A stretch of 64,000 nt of DNA, from the IMG/VR virus record IMGVR_UViG_3300028048_000069, positions 72,047 to 136,046 of that record; one strand, given 5' to 3'. Below, in pieces: positions 1-9,545 of this stretch. Source of the stretch: a virus. Its lineage: Duplodnaviria > Caudoviricetes. A program made the position numbers and the translations under genes. Within the stretch, counting starts at the first letter, position 1. Every line of letters begins with the position of its first letter. The notes below the pieces were generated by a model. The model had not been told where the DNA came from, did not search any database, and was given only the letters and a program-made list of their open reading frames with translations.

Positions 1-2
1 GA

Positions 3-86
3 AAGTTTATAGGTATAGAGATAGCAGAAGATTATTTTAAGATGGCTGAAGATAGAATTTTTGAAAAGAAAGGGGGTTTGTTTTAA
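3..86 (+). CDS. C-terminal end of an N6A/N4C DNA methyltransferase (partial, runs off the window)
   Basis: Frame 3 reads KFIGIEIAEDYFKMAEDRIFEKKGGLF*, matching the C-terminus of the MTase at 25672 (NFIGIELDTNYFNIAKNRIEK). Its stop overlaps the ATG at 86. Not in the ORF track. Confidence 0.7.
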   Translation, partial: KFIGIEIAEDYFKMAEDRIFEKKGGLF

Positions 87-424
87 TGAAGCCTACACGA
101 TACTATAGTTCTAGACAAGAAAAACAGATAGCCAAATCTATTGGTGGAAAGCAAGTTGCAAATTCAGGTGCTACTTCTTTTCATAAAGGTGATGTTAAAA
201 CAGCCGATTGGCTTATAGAGGCCAAAACAGTAACAAAGGTTAAAGATTCCTTTTCTATTAAGAAGGCTTGGCTTATAAAAAATCAAGAAGAAGCATTCGC
301 TATGAATAGAAGATATGCTGCTCTTGCTTTTAATTTCGGGCCTGATGAAGAAAATTATTATGTAATTAGCGAGAAACTGTTTAAAGAATTAGTAAAATAT
401 ATACAAGAGGACAGGGAGGTTTAA
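86..424 (+). CDS. Holliday junction resolvase-like PD-(D/E)XK nuclease
   Basis: QE...SGA...KGDV...LIEAKT motif pattern, 112 aa, located in the replication module. Confidence 0.7.
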   Translation: MKPTRYYSSRQEKQIAKSIGGKQVANSGATSFHKGDVKTADWLIEAKTVTKVKDSFSIKKAWLIKNQEEAFAMNRRYAALAFNFGPDEENYYVISEKLFKELVKYIQEDREV

Positions 425-1429
425 ATGGCAACACTTGCAGTGAAGTATAGACCCACCACTTTTGAAGATGTGTGCGGTCAACAGAATATTATTACTATTC
501 TTAATAATCAATTAAGCACAAAATCTTTCAAAAATGCTTACCTATTTTGCGGTCCATCAGGTTGTGGTAAAACAACAATGGCTCGTATATTTGCTAAAAA
601 ATTAAATAATGGTGGCGGTTCAATAATTGAAATAGATGCCGCTAGTAATAATGGTGTAGATGATGTTAGGCAAATTATAAAAGACGCTCAATTCTTACCA
701 TTAGATGGTTCATATAAAATATACATATTAGATGAGTGCCATTTATTTAGTACTGGTGCTTGGAATGCAATGCTTAAACTTATTGAAGAACCACCTGCTA
801 AAACCATCTTTATTTTTTGTACTACCGACCCACAGAAAATACCTTCAACCATCATAGGTCGTGTACAAAGGTATAACTTTACAAAAATTAGTAGTAAGCA
901 AATTATTGATAGATTAACTTATATTTTGAAGTCCGAAAATATAAATACTTTTGATGGTTCTTCTTTACAACTTATCGCTAGATTATCAAAGGGCGGTATG
1001 AGAGATAGCATAACCACACTTGAGAAATGCCTAGGATTTAGCAAAAACCTTACTGTAAGCAATATTACACAAGCCTTGGGGGTAGTGGGTTACGATAGTA
1101 TGTTCTATGTGTTTAAAGCAATTATAGAGCATAAAACAGATGATGTTTTATCGCAGATAGAAACCCTTTATCTTAATGGGTTGGATATAAAGGTGTTTGT
1201 AGTAAGTTTTTTACAATTTGTATTGGACATTTCTAGATACATAGTAACAAAAGATTTTTGTGTTAGTTATCTTCCAGATGATTATAAATCAAAGATAGAT
1301 GGATTATCACTTAATAAAGAGCAACTAGCAAATTTAGTGGATGGGTTGGTTAAATTAAATAGTTATATAAAGTATGAATCCAATCCATTTGTATTTGTTC
1401 AAGCATTTCTATTAAAGGTATCTATATAA
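425..1429 (+). CDS. dnaX: Clamp loader ATPase, DNA polymerase III gamma/tau-like (gamma-length, no Zn module)
   Basis: LAVKYRP..F.DV.GQ, Walker A GPSGCGKTT, IEIDAAS, Walker B ILDECH, NAMLKLIEEPP, GGMRD. Confidence 0.92.
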   Translation: MATLAVKYRPTTFEDVCGQQNIITILNNQLSTKSFKNAYLFCGPSGCGKTTMARIFAKKLNNGGGSIIEIDAASNNGVDDVRQIIKDAQFLPLDGSYKIYILDECHLFSTGAWNAMLKLIEEPPAKTIFIFCTTDPQKIPSTIIGRVQRYNFTKISSKQIIDRLTYILKSENINTFDGSSLQLIARLSKGGMRDSITTLEKCLGFSKNLTVSNITQALGVVGYDSMFYVFKAIIEHKTDDVLSQIETLYLNGLDIKVFVVSFLQFVLDISRYIVTKDFCVSYLPDDYKSKIDGLSLNKEQLANLVDGLVKLNSYIKYESNPFVFVQAFLLKVSI

Positions 1430-2220
1430 TGATTGGTCAGAAGTTATTTGCTACCTATTTAAGCAATTGGACTATACCGCCTCATTTTATTATTTTGAAT
1501 GGGGAAGTAGGTTCTGGTCGTTCCACAATTATAGAAGAAATTAAGAAGAAATTTAAGTATAAATCGGTGTTATGCGGAACTTCTACAGAAGAAGTTAGGC
1601 AGATAGTAGATATGGCATACACTGTAGAGACACCTGTTTTTTATATATTTTACAATGGGGAAAAATTATCATCTAACGCTAAAAATGTGTTGCTTAAAGT
1701 AGTTGAAGAACAGCCTAAAAATGCATTTTTTATAATGAGAACAGAGTCTGGTACTATAGAAACATTAAAAAATCGTTCATTCTATTATAATATACAGCCA
1801 TATTCTTCTTCGGAGTTAAAAGAGTATTTTTCTAAACAGAATAAAGAAGATGTTTATGATAATTATGGCGAAATATGTAAAAATATAGGGCAGATAAAAA
1901 TATTTTTAGAGATGGATTATGAAGGGTTGATTGATTATTGTGATATGATTGTTACAAAGATTAATCGTGCGTCACAAGGTAATGTGTTTAATATAACACG
2001 AAAGATTGATTTTGGTGATAATCCTAATGGTTGGGATGTACAACTATTTATAAATGCTCTTGAGTGGAAGTTAAAAAATGCTTACAAAACAACCAAAGAA
2101 GATAGGTTTTTTCAAGCAATTTTTAGATTAAATTCTTTTAAGTCGCAGATTAAAATAAATGGTGTGAATAAATCGGTCGCATTAGATAATTTTTTACTAG
2201 GGTTGAGAACATTATTATGA
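1429..2220 (+). CDS. Clamp loader delta-prime (HolB-like) subunit
   Basis: Degenerate Walker A GEVGSGRST, NVLLKVVEEQPKNAFFI, ETLKNRS; translationally coupled to dnaX. Confidence 0.75.
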   Translation: MIGQKLFATYLSNWTIPPHFIILNGEVGSGRSTIIEEIKKKFKYKSVLCGTSTEEVRQIVDMAYTVETPVFYIFYNGEKLSSNAKNVLLKVVEEQPKNAFFIMRTESGTIETLKNRSFYYNIQPYSSSELKEYFSKQNKEDVYDNYGEICKNIGQIKIFLEMDYEGLIDYCDMIVTKINRASQGNVFNITRKIDFGDNPNGWDVQLFINALEWKLKNAYKTTKEDRFFQAIFRLNSFKSQIKINGVNKSVALDNFLLGLRTLL

Positions 2221-3146
2221 ACTTGGTTGAGTTAAAAACAAGAATGTCTAAAAAGGATATTCCTAATTTTTTAATTTTTACTGGCCCAGAACTTGGGGTT
2301 CTTAACACATATATTGGTAAAATAGGATCCATAATAAATACAGCAATTAAAAGAAGAGAAACTGTGTCGAGCGCATTGGAATTATGCCGAAGTAAATCTA
2401 TTTTTAATAAAATAAATTTTGTAGTTGTAACAGATGACAATGATTTTTTAAAAAATGAAACTGCTTGGGATAAGGTAATTATGCAGTTAGGAGATAATAT
2501 TTTATTACTCCACTATCATACATATGATAAACGATTAAAATTTTGGAATAAATTTGCAGACCAAACTGTCGTTTTTGATTACCTTAAACCAAATGTAATA
2601 GCAAAGCATTTGTGCAAAGATTATGGGTTAAGTGAATCTTTCGGAGAATTGATTGCAGAAGGGTGCGGATGTGATTATACTCGTTGCTTGTTAGAAGTAG
2701 ATAAGATTAAAAATCTTTCTGATGCTACTCATCAATCTATAGATGAAGTGTGCTCAAACAATCTAAAAACAGGTATAATTTGTTTTGATAAAGATGTGAA
2801 TATTAATCCATTTGTTGAAGCATTTTTAAGAAGAGATTTATCATTAGCATATTCACTATATGAAGAACTATTATTGCAAGGTGAGCCAGTTTTAAGGATG
2901 CTTTCTTTTCTGTATAATGCCTTTAAAAATGTTTTAATAGTGCAGACCGCTACAAGTACTTATAAACTGCGAGAAACCACAGGCATAACCTATTATGGAG
3001 AAATAGAAGGAAAAAAGTTTAAGGGCAATTATAGTGATGTAGAACTTGAAAATATACTATACATTTTGATGTGGTTAGAGCAAGGCATAAAGAGTGGCAC
3101 AATACAGCCAGAATTTGTTGTTGATTTTTTGTTGGTAAATTTGTAA
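2217..3146 (+). CDS. Clamp loader delta (HolA-like) subunit
   Basis: FLIFTGPE N-terminus, SIF..., DKRLKF, D...LLEVDKI, L..GEPVLRML, E.GIKSG: HolA-type pattern; third gene of the loader operon. Confidence 0.7.
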   Translation: MNLVELKTRMSKKDIPNFLIFTGPELGVLNTYIGKIGSIINTAIKRRETVSSALELCRSKSIFNKINFVVVTDDNDFLKNETAWDKVIMQLGDNILLLHYHTYDKRLKFWNKFADQTVVFDYLKPNVIAKHLCKDYGLSESFGELIAEGCGCDYTRCLLEVDKIKNLSDATHQSIDEVCSNNLKTGIICFDKDVNINPFVEAFLRRDLSLAYSLYEELLLQGEPVLRMLSFLYNAFKNVLIVQTATSTYKLRETTGITYYGEIEGKKFKGNYSDVELENILYILMWLEQGIKSGTIQPEFVVDFLLVNL

Positions 3147-3160
3147 TATAGGATTGTGTT

Positions 3161-3328
3161 ATGAAATTCTTAAAACTAATATACAAGAAGTTTTTCGTCG
3201 GTAAAGAGAAGAAAACATATACTTGTTGTAGGAGGTGTGGTAAGCAATTAAAAAGTAAAGAAAGTCGTAAGTTGGGTTTAGGAAAATGTTGTTATAAAAA
3301 AGAGTTGTATAAAAATAAATTATTCTAA
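3161..3328 (+). CDS. Small Zn-finger protein (DUF6011-like)
   Basis: Hand-translated, 55 aa: CRRCGKQLKSKESRKLGLGKCC...KNKLF. Confidence 0.55.
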   Translation: MKFLKLIYKKFFVGKEKKTYTCCRRCGKQLKSKESRKLGLGKCCYKKELYKNKLF

Positions 3329-3355
3329 AAACTGTGGTTGTATGGGGAGGGTGAA

Positions 3356-4207
3356 ATGAAGGTTGACAGTTATTCTTTTAGAGCCTTTTATTCAGGGCAC
3401 TATGATTCAAAATTGGACTCAAAACCAGGTGAATACTTGGTAATGAACTACCAAAAAGCAACAAAACTACTAGACGATTCTCTCGTCGATTTATCTCAAA
3501 AATTTAAGACACAGGAGAAGTACCTAGCATTTAAGGAAAAATTGGAGAATTTAAAATCTCAATATTTTTCTGCTTTATGCAATAGGTATATGGGTGTTGT
3601 ATTTAATTCTGGTCGTCGCATTATAAGTAATTCAATCTCTGACTCGGATATGATTAGTTATGGGGAAGAAGTACTGTTACAATGCGCTTTGAAATATAAG
3701 TTTGATAAGAAGATTTCTTTTATAACTTATTTTACCAATGCGGTGTTTAATATGTCTTACACATTAGTAAGAAAGAAACACTTTAGAGATTGGAATATAA
3801 ATATGGCATCCTTGAACACACTAATGGAAATTGATGACCGAATAAGTGAGTTATCTGAAGATAAAAAATTTATTCCAGCCAAAAAGAAAAAGCCATTAGT
3901 AATAAAGCCATCAAAAATAAATGAAGAGTTAGATAAGATACTTTTTAACCCAGAATTGGCTGAATCTATAAAGGTTAAGTTGGGTATTAAGGATGACTTG
4001 TTTTTGCATTATTTAATATTGAAAACAAAGCACAAAAAGTCAACTATTAATTCCGACGAAACAGAAAAACTATCTTATTTAGAACCCATTTATGAAAATG
4101 ACTATAACAATTTTAGTAAGATATATATGTATGAGTCAGATATTGACGATTACAGAGAAAAAATTCAAAAAAATCGTATAAAAGAGGAAATACTATGTCA
4201 AGAGTAA
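3356..4207 (+). CDS. Phage sigma70-family factor (candidate late sigma)
   Basis: DMISYGEEVLLQCALKYKFDKKISFITYFTNAVFN resembles sigma region 2.2-2.4. Start moved from 3338 to the ATG at 3356, which follows GGAGGG. Confidence 0.6.
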   Translation: MKVDSYSFRAFYSGHYDSKLDSKPGEYLVMNYQKATKLLDDSLVDLSQKFKTQEKYLAFKEKLENLKSQYFSALCNRYMGVVFNSGRRIISNSISDSDMISYGEEVLLQCALKYKFDKKISFITYFTNAVFNMSYTLVRKKHFRDWNINMASLNTLMEIDDRISELSEDKKFIPAKKKKPLVIKPSKINEELDKILFNPELAESIKVKLGIKDDLFLHYLILKTKHKKSTINSDETEKLSYLEPIYENDYNNFSKIYMYESDIDDYREKIQKNRIKEEILCQE

Positions 4208-4818
4208 CAACAGAACAAGCAAGAAAAATAACAACTTCAAATTCAAATGGCTATTTTAGCCTTAAAGATGATGGTGATAAAGCCACTGTTAGATTTATGT
4301 ACAACAATGTTTCAGAAATTGAAACCTATTCTGTACACGATGTTACCATAAATGGGTTTAATAAGCATGTAGATTGCTTAAAAGATGCTGAAGGTAATGG
4401 AGTATGCCCATTTTGTGAAAAGGGTGTAAAACGAACTGCTAGAACATTTTTTAAACTGTACAATGTAGATAATGGCGCGGTTGAAATTTGGGATTGTGGT
4501 ATTAAACGCGCACCAGGTTTAGAAAATATTTTAAAGATGTCTCGGTCGCCGAAGTTGGTAAATGATGTTTTTGAAATTGTACGACATGGTAAAGCAAAAT
4601 CTACCGATACGACCTATGAACTTATTTATAAATCTTCTGATGATGTTACCTTGGAAGAACTTCCGAACTCACCAGACCTTTATAGTAAATATATTCTAAA
4701 GAAATCTCCCGAAGAAATGGAATATTATATTACTCATAATGAGTTCAAACCTACAGGTGAACAATCAGCCAAATCTGATGCTACTGTTACCAAAAGAGTA
4801 AATAGGAGTGTCTTTTAA
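4195..4818 (+). CDS. Single-stranded DNA-binding protein (gp32-like, Zn-binding)
   Basis: YFSLKDDGDKATVRF, H...C...CPFC, IVRHG...DTTY; lies directly before the polymerase. Confidence 0.7.
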   Translation: MSRVTTEQARKITTSNSNGYFSLKDDGDKATVRFMYNNVSEIETYSVHDVTINGFNKHVDCLKDAEGNGVCPFCEKGVKRTARTFFKLYNVDNGAVEIWDCGIKRAPGLENILKMSRSPKLVNDVFEIVRHGKAKSTDTTYELIYKSSDDVTLEELPNSPDLYSKYILKKSPEEMEYYITHNEFKPTGEQSAKSDATVTKRVNRSVF

Positions 4819-7142
4819 TGGCATTGTTCGCACCTAGGTCTAGTAGGGAACTCGATAAGAAGATAATACAGAAAGCACATTCTGTAAAAAGTGTTTTTGT
4901 CGGTAGTTCTAAAGGTGCAAAAAGGGGGCTATCTGAAAGGATAGCCTCCGCCGAAGTTGAAGTAAATAGATATTTTAGTAAGTTTAAAGATGATTTTTTA
5001 ATTATTCGTACAGAAGAAGAATTAAAAAATTATGTAGATAATATTATAAAAGATGGAATTGTAGCCATCGATACAGAAACTGATGGGTTGGATACCTTTA
5101 ACGGAACATTAGCAGGTATCTGTCTGTATAGTCCTTCAAATAAAGCATCCTATATTCCTGTTCACCATGTATCCTATATTACAGGGCAAGAAGTTAATAA
5201 TCAACTAAAAGAAGATATTATTAAAAAGTACTTTGAAAGGGTAGTTAATGCTAATGTAAAAATAATTATGCATAATGCCTCTTTCGATTTAAAAGTATTT
5301 GCAAATTTAGTAGGTATTAGATTGCCTTGTTATTGGGATACAATGATTGCTTCTAATATTTTGAACGAAAATGAACCGCATGGTTTGAAAGCACTTCACG
5401 ATAAATATTGCGGAGATGGTACAGGTGTATATAGCATTACAAATTTGTTTGAAGGAATTATATTTACTCACGTTCCGATAAAATTGGGTTATTTATATGC
5501 TGCTCGTGATGCTAAAATGACTTATGAGTTATATAAATATCAAAGCCAATTCCTATGTGAAAACCCATCAAAAGAACACGAAGATTTGAAGTCTTGTTAT
5601 GATGTGTTTATGAACATAGAAATGCCATTGGTGCCTGTCATTTTAGATGCAGAACTGCGCGGAGTTAGATTAGATTTAGCAACTGCGGATAAATTGAAAG
5701 AAGAATATAATGCTAAATTGGCTGTTTGTAAGGAACAATTTACAGCGATAGTTGAACCGATAAAAGATTTAGTATTACAGTTTATTAGAACACATACTAC
5801 AATTACATCTAAACCTAAACTTGAATGGCCTATCAATTTTGATTCACCACTGCAGATAAGTGAATTACTTTTTAATGTGCTAAAGGTAAGTGATAAAAAT
5901 GGTAAGAGTACAGGTGTTAAAGAACTTAATGCTATTATGGAAAGCACCAAAAATGATACAGTTCGAAATTTAATTAAAACCTTACTTGAGTACAGAAAAG
6001 TACAAAAACTATTGACCACTTATATTGAGAAATTGCCTAATGAAGTAAATCCTAAAACAGGTAAAATTCACTGCAACTTCAATCAGTATGGAACAGTAAC
6101 TGGTCGTATGAGTTCTAGTTCACCGAACTTACAAAATATTCCTTCAAAGAATAAAGAAATTAGAAAGATGTTTGTAGCAGATGAGGGGTATTGTTTAATC
6201 GGTGGAGATTATTCACAGCAAGAACCGCGTATTTTAGCACATATGAGTGGAGATGAGCAGTTAATACACGCATACACTACTGGTAAGGATTTATATGCAC
6301 ATGTAGGTTCTTTAGCCTTAAAAGTACCTTATGAAGATTGTTTGGAACATTACCCAGATGGTAGTGTAAATCAAGAAGGTAAATTAAGAAGAAGTAGAAT
6401 GAAGGCCATTGTGTTGGCTTTAATGTATGGTAAAGGAACTAAAGCATTGGCAGCCGATTTGAAAATATCTTTGGAAGATGCCTCATCCCTTATGAAATCC
6501 TTTTTTACAGAATTTCCTAAAGTTAATGAGTTTATCAATAAATCACAATCATTCGCTAAATGTAATGGGTATGTAAAAACATTGTGGGGAAGAAAACGAA
6601 GGCTACCAGATATGCTTTTAGACCCTTATGAATTTAGTTATGCTAATGGGGTTAGTAGAGATTTTGACCCATTAGATGATATTGATAGTGATGAAACCAA
6701 TGATTTAACTGTCGATCCAGTTTTAGTACAAAAATGGACAGCAAGATTAAATAAAGCATTTGGTTCTTTTAAGAAACGAGAAGTAATTCAGCAAGCATTA
6801 GCAGAAGATAATATTCAAATAAAGGAAAATAGTCTTAAAATTGCTGATGCTGAACGACAGACAGTAAATAGTATTATTCAAGGTTCGGCTGGAGATATGG
6901 TTAAACGCGCTAGTATTTTGTGTTATAACGATAAACGACTACAAGATATGGATTGCCATATTTTAATTTGGGTTCACGACGAAATAATTTCTACAGCACC
7001 TATCAAATATGCTAGGGAATGTGCAAAAATTATTGATGAAAATATGAAAAAAGCCGCAGATAAATTAGTAGTTCCTATGAAAACGGACTTTGAAATAACC
7101 AAAATTTGGTATGGTGAAGAAATTGATTTTAGTAAGATATAA
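4818..7142 (+). CDS. polA: Family A DNA polymerase with 3'-5' exonuclease and no 5'-3' exonuclease
   Basis: ExoI DTET, ExoII HNASFD, ExoIII YAARD; TGRMSSSSPNLQNIP; motif A DYSQQEPR; motif B R...KAIVLALMYG; motif C VHDE. Confidence 0.95.
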   Translation: MALFAPRSSRELDKKIIQKAHSVKSVFVGSSKGAKRGLSERIASAEVEVNRYFSKFKDDFLIIRTEEELKNYVDNIIKDGIVAIDTETDGLDTFNGTLAGICLYSPSNKASYIPVHHVSYITGQEVNNQLKEDIIKKYFERVVNANVKIIMHNASFDLKVFANLVGIRLPCYWDTMIASNILNENEPHGLKALHDKYCGDGTGVYSITNLFEGIIFTHVPIKLGYLYAARDAKMTYELYKYQSQFLCENPSKEHEDLKSCYDVFMNIEMPLVPVILDAELRGVRLDLATADKLKEEYNAKLAVCKEQFTAIVEPIKDLVLQFIRTHTTITSKPKLEWPINFDSPLQISELLFNVLKVSDKNGKSTGVKELNAIMESTKNDTVRNLIKTLLEYRKVQKLLTTYIEKLPNEVNPKTGKIHCNFNQYGTVTGRMSSSSPNLQNIPSKNKEIRKMFVADEGYCLIGGDYSQQEPRILAHMSGDEQLIHAYTTGKDLYAHVGSLALKVPYEDCLEHYPDGSVNQEGKLRRSRMKAIVLALMYGKGTKALAADLKISLEDASSLMKSFFTEFPKVNEFINKSQSFAKCNGYVKTLWGRKRRLPDMLLDPYEFSYANGVSRDFDPLDDIDSDETNDLTVDPVLVQKWTARLNKAFGSFKKREVIQQALAEDNIQIKENSLKIADAERQTVNSIIQGSAGDMVKRASILCYNDKRLQDMDCHILIWVHDEIISTAPIKYARECAKIIDENMKKAADKLVVPMKTDFEITKIWYGEEIDFSKI

Positions 7143-7159
7143 ATACAGAGGTACAAACA

Positions 7160-8233
7160 ATGAACATTAAACTAAAAACTGAAGAACTAAAAGATGCAAT
7201 TAATAAAATTGTAAAAGGTTTGGGAAATAATAAAATGTTGCCCATTACCGAAATGATAGGTATAAATGTAGATAAATCTACCTTGTCATTAGTATCTACT
7301 GATGGTACAAATAAAGTACAAGTAGTAATACCTATCGAAGGGGATAACGAACCTACATCTTTTGTGGTAAATGGTAAGACATTCTCTCAATTGGTTTTAA
7401 AAACAACAACAGAGTTTATCAATTTATCCGTAGAAGATGGAAAATTGGTTGTAAAGGGTAATGGTAGTTATTCTTTTTCATTTCCCACTGATGAAGATGG
7501 TGAATTTATTGTAATTCCAAATGTAGAAGTAGATAAGGATACTAAAGTTGAATTATCAGCCGAAGATTTGAAAAATTCTTACAATATCAATAAATCATCC
7601 GTATCAGTTACTATGGAAACCCCTGCATATACAGGTTTCTATTATGACGATAATGGATCTGTAGCCACAAATTCATTGAAAATTAGTTATGTAAATAAGA
7701 AATTATTTAGTAATCCTATCTTATTGAATGCAAAACTTGCAAGTTTGTTTTCTATATTACCAGAGGAAAAGGTATATGTTTATCAAGGAAATTCAGAAAT
7801 TGCTTTTGAATCTGGTAATGTAACAATCCAAGGATTTAAAATGGATGATGTGAGCGAGTTCCCTATCAATGATATTATTCCATTTTTAACCGCCGATTTA
7901 CCACATAAGGTTAGATTGAATAAAAAGGCATTATTAAACCTTTTAGAGCGCATCGCAGTATTTGTAACTCCCTTTGATAAAAACTCAATTAAAATTGATT
8001 TTACGAAGAATGGTGTGCGTGTATGGACATTGGATGGTATCAATAATGAAATTATTCCATATACAGATTCTGAAAATGTAGAAGAAACTTCAATCAAAGT
8101 GGATGTAACGAACTTTAAGGATTTAGTAGGTTCTAACCCAGAAGAAGAATTAGTAATTATGTATGGGCATCCAGCGGCCATTAAAATGACCTTTGGAAAT
8201 GTTTCTCAAGTATTAGCACTAGTAGGTGAATAA
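7160..8233 (+). CDS. dnaN: Sliding clamp, DNA polymerase III beta-like
   Basis: 357 aa beta-rich protein with LPI...I.I, LVSTDG and ATNS repeats typical of the three-domain beta clamp; next to the polymerase and loader genes. Confidence 0.75.
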   Translation: MNIKLKTEELKDAINKIVKGLGNNKMLPITEMIGINVDKSTLSLVSTDGTNKVQVVIPIEGDNEPTSFVVNGKTFSQLVLKTTTEFINLSVEDGKLVVKGNGSYSFSFPTDEDGEFIVIPNVEVDKDTKVELSAEDLKNSYNINKSSVSVTMETPAYTGFYYDDNGSVATNSLKISYVNKKLFSNPILLNAKLASLFSILPEEKVYVYQGNSEIAFESGNVTIQGFKMDDVSEFPINDIIPFLTADLPHKVRLNKKALLNLLERIAVFVTPFDKNSIKIDFTKNGVRVWTLDGINNEIIPYTDSENVEETSIKVDVTNFKDLVGSNPEEELVIMYGHPAAIKMTFGNVSQVLALVGE

Positions 8234-8985
8234 TGCGCTTATTTAGTGAACCAGACCAAAGTATTGCTACTAATTTTTTGAACGATTTAGAGAAATCTAT
8301 TTATATAGATTCTAAACCTTCAAAAGATACGAAGAGCACATATTATAAACCTTCTTCACTAAATTGTTTGCGTATGATGTACTACTATCGAACAAATACA
8401 AAGATAGATGGGGCAGTTAGACCTGCCTCATCTATCGGTATACTTCATAGTGGGGAAGATAGACATTTAAGAATACAAAAAGCCATTACAAATATGAAAA
8501 ATAATGGCTTTGATTGTGAATGGGTTGATGTAGAAACATACATAAAAGAAAATAAATTAACAAATTTAGAAGTAATCTCCAAAAAAGAGTACGAAACTAC
8601 AGTACATAATAAAGAACTTGATTTGTTATTTTTATGTGATGGCATAGTTAAAATAAATGGAAAATATTTTATTATAGAAATTAAAACTGAAAACTCAAGT
8701 TCTTTTTATAATCGACTTGCAGTAGCGGAAGAACATAAACATCAAGCGGCCTGTTACTCAATATCTTTTAACATAAACTATGTTATTTTTATTTATGAAA
8801 ATAGGGATTTATGTTTAAAGAAATCGTTTTTATTTTATGTTCCTGTTTCGTTGAAAAACGAAGTGGTAGGTATGATAGAAAGATGCAATGAGTTTGTTGA
8901 GAAGAAAGAATTGCCTACTAAAATTGTGTGTAAGTTTTGTACTTACTGCGACTATAAGAAAAAATGTTCAAAAAATGAGGCTTAA
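8233..8985 (+). CDS. Cas4-like / PD-(D/E)XK exonuclease with Fe-S cysteines
   Basis: PSSLNC.R, G...H, CDG, IEIKT, H..QA.CY, C-terminal CKFCTYCDYKKKC. Confidence 0.8.
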   Translation: MRLFSEPDQSIATNFLNDLEKSIYIDSKPSKDTKSTYYKPSSLNCLRMMYYYRTNTKIDGAVRPASSIGILHSGEDRHLRIQKAITNMKNNGFDCEWVDVETYIKENKLTNLEVISKKEYETTVHNKELDLLFLCDGIVKINGKYFIIEIKTENSSSFYNRLAVAEEHKHQAACYSISFNINYVIFIYENRDLCLKKSFLFYVPVSLKNEVVGMIERCNEFVEKKELPTKIVCKFCTYCDYKKKCSKNEA

Positions 8986-8987
8986 AT

Positions 8988-9536
8988 ATGTCAAAAATAG
9001 AACTTGGATCCAATATAAAAGAAGAATTAATAGAGGTTGAGCGCGTAAATTTAGAAAATAAAAGTGCCGATATAGAGAAGATAGTAAACAAGGTAATAAA
9101 TACCTATGCATCAGAACTAGATGCATTAGTTCGTAATATAGATATGAAAGTTAGAAATCAAGAACTAGATGGATTTTCTGACCAAGAACTAGAAAGTTAT
9201 TGTTTGAAATTATCTTCTTTTATGTATTTTGCTGCCGCTGGCCAAGAATTAATAGGGTTAAGAGAAGATATAGCAACAGCATTAAACAAAGAAGATTATA
9301 ACAATAAATATGCTGAAGCAACAGGTACTATCAATGATAAAAAAGCAACTGCAGAATTGGAATCACAAAGTTCTATGTTGGTAGAGTTAATTTATGATAG
9401 AGCCGAAAAGATGATGAACTCAAAATTAACCTATGCGACACACTTATTAGGGTCTATAAAAAGAGTACTTAATAGAAGAATTGAACAGATGAAAATGAAC
9501 CCAACAACTGTAACATATACAGATTCAACTAAATAA
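8988..9536 (+). CDS. Coiled-coil protein, possible recombination mediator (UvsY-like)
   Basis: All-helical 182 aa protein between the exonuclease and RecA; positional inference. Confidence 0.35.
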   Translation: MSKIELGSNIKEELIEVERVNLENKSADIEKIVNKVINTYASELDALVRNIDMKVRNQELDGFSDQELESYCLKLSSFMYFAAAGQELIGLREDIATALNKEDYNNKYAEATGTINDKKATAELESQSSMLVELIYDRAEKMMNSKLTYATHLLGSIKRVLNRRIEQMKMNPTTVTYTDSTK

Positions 9537-9545
9537 GGAGTAAGT

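Noticed and set aside
3161-3328. MKFLKLIYK start resembling the cargo leader
   Set aside because: It lacks K-[AS], lies in the replication module and is a Zn-finger protein; not counted.
6600-6850. Intein or intron in the polymerase (also checked RecA)
   Set aside because: The insertion is short, has no C/S...HN splice motifs, and the frames are uninterrupted.
8233-8985. Cas4-like gene as a sign of a CRISPR-Cas locus
   Set aside because: No repeat-spacer array or other cas genes were seen; stand-alone Cas4-like nucleases are common in phage recombination modules.
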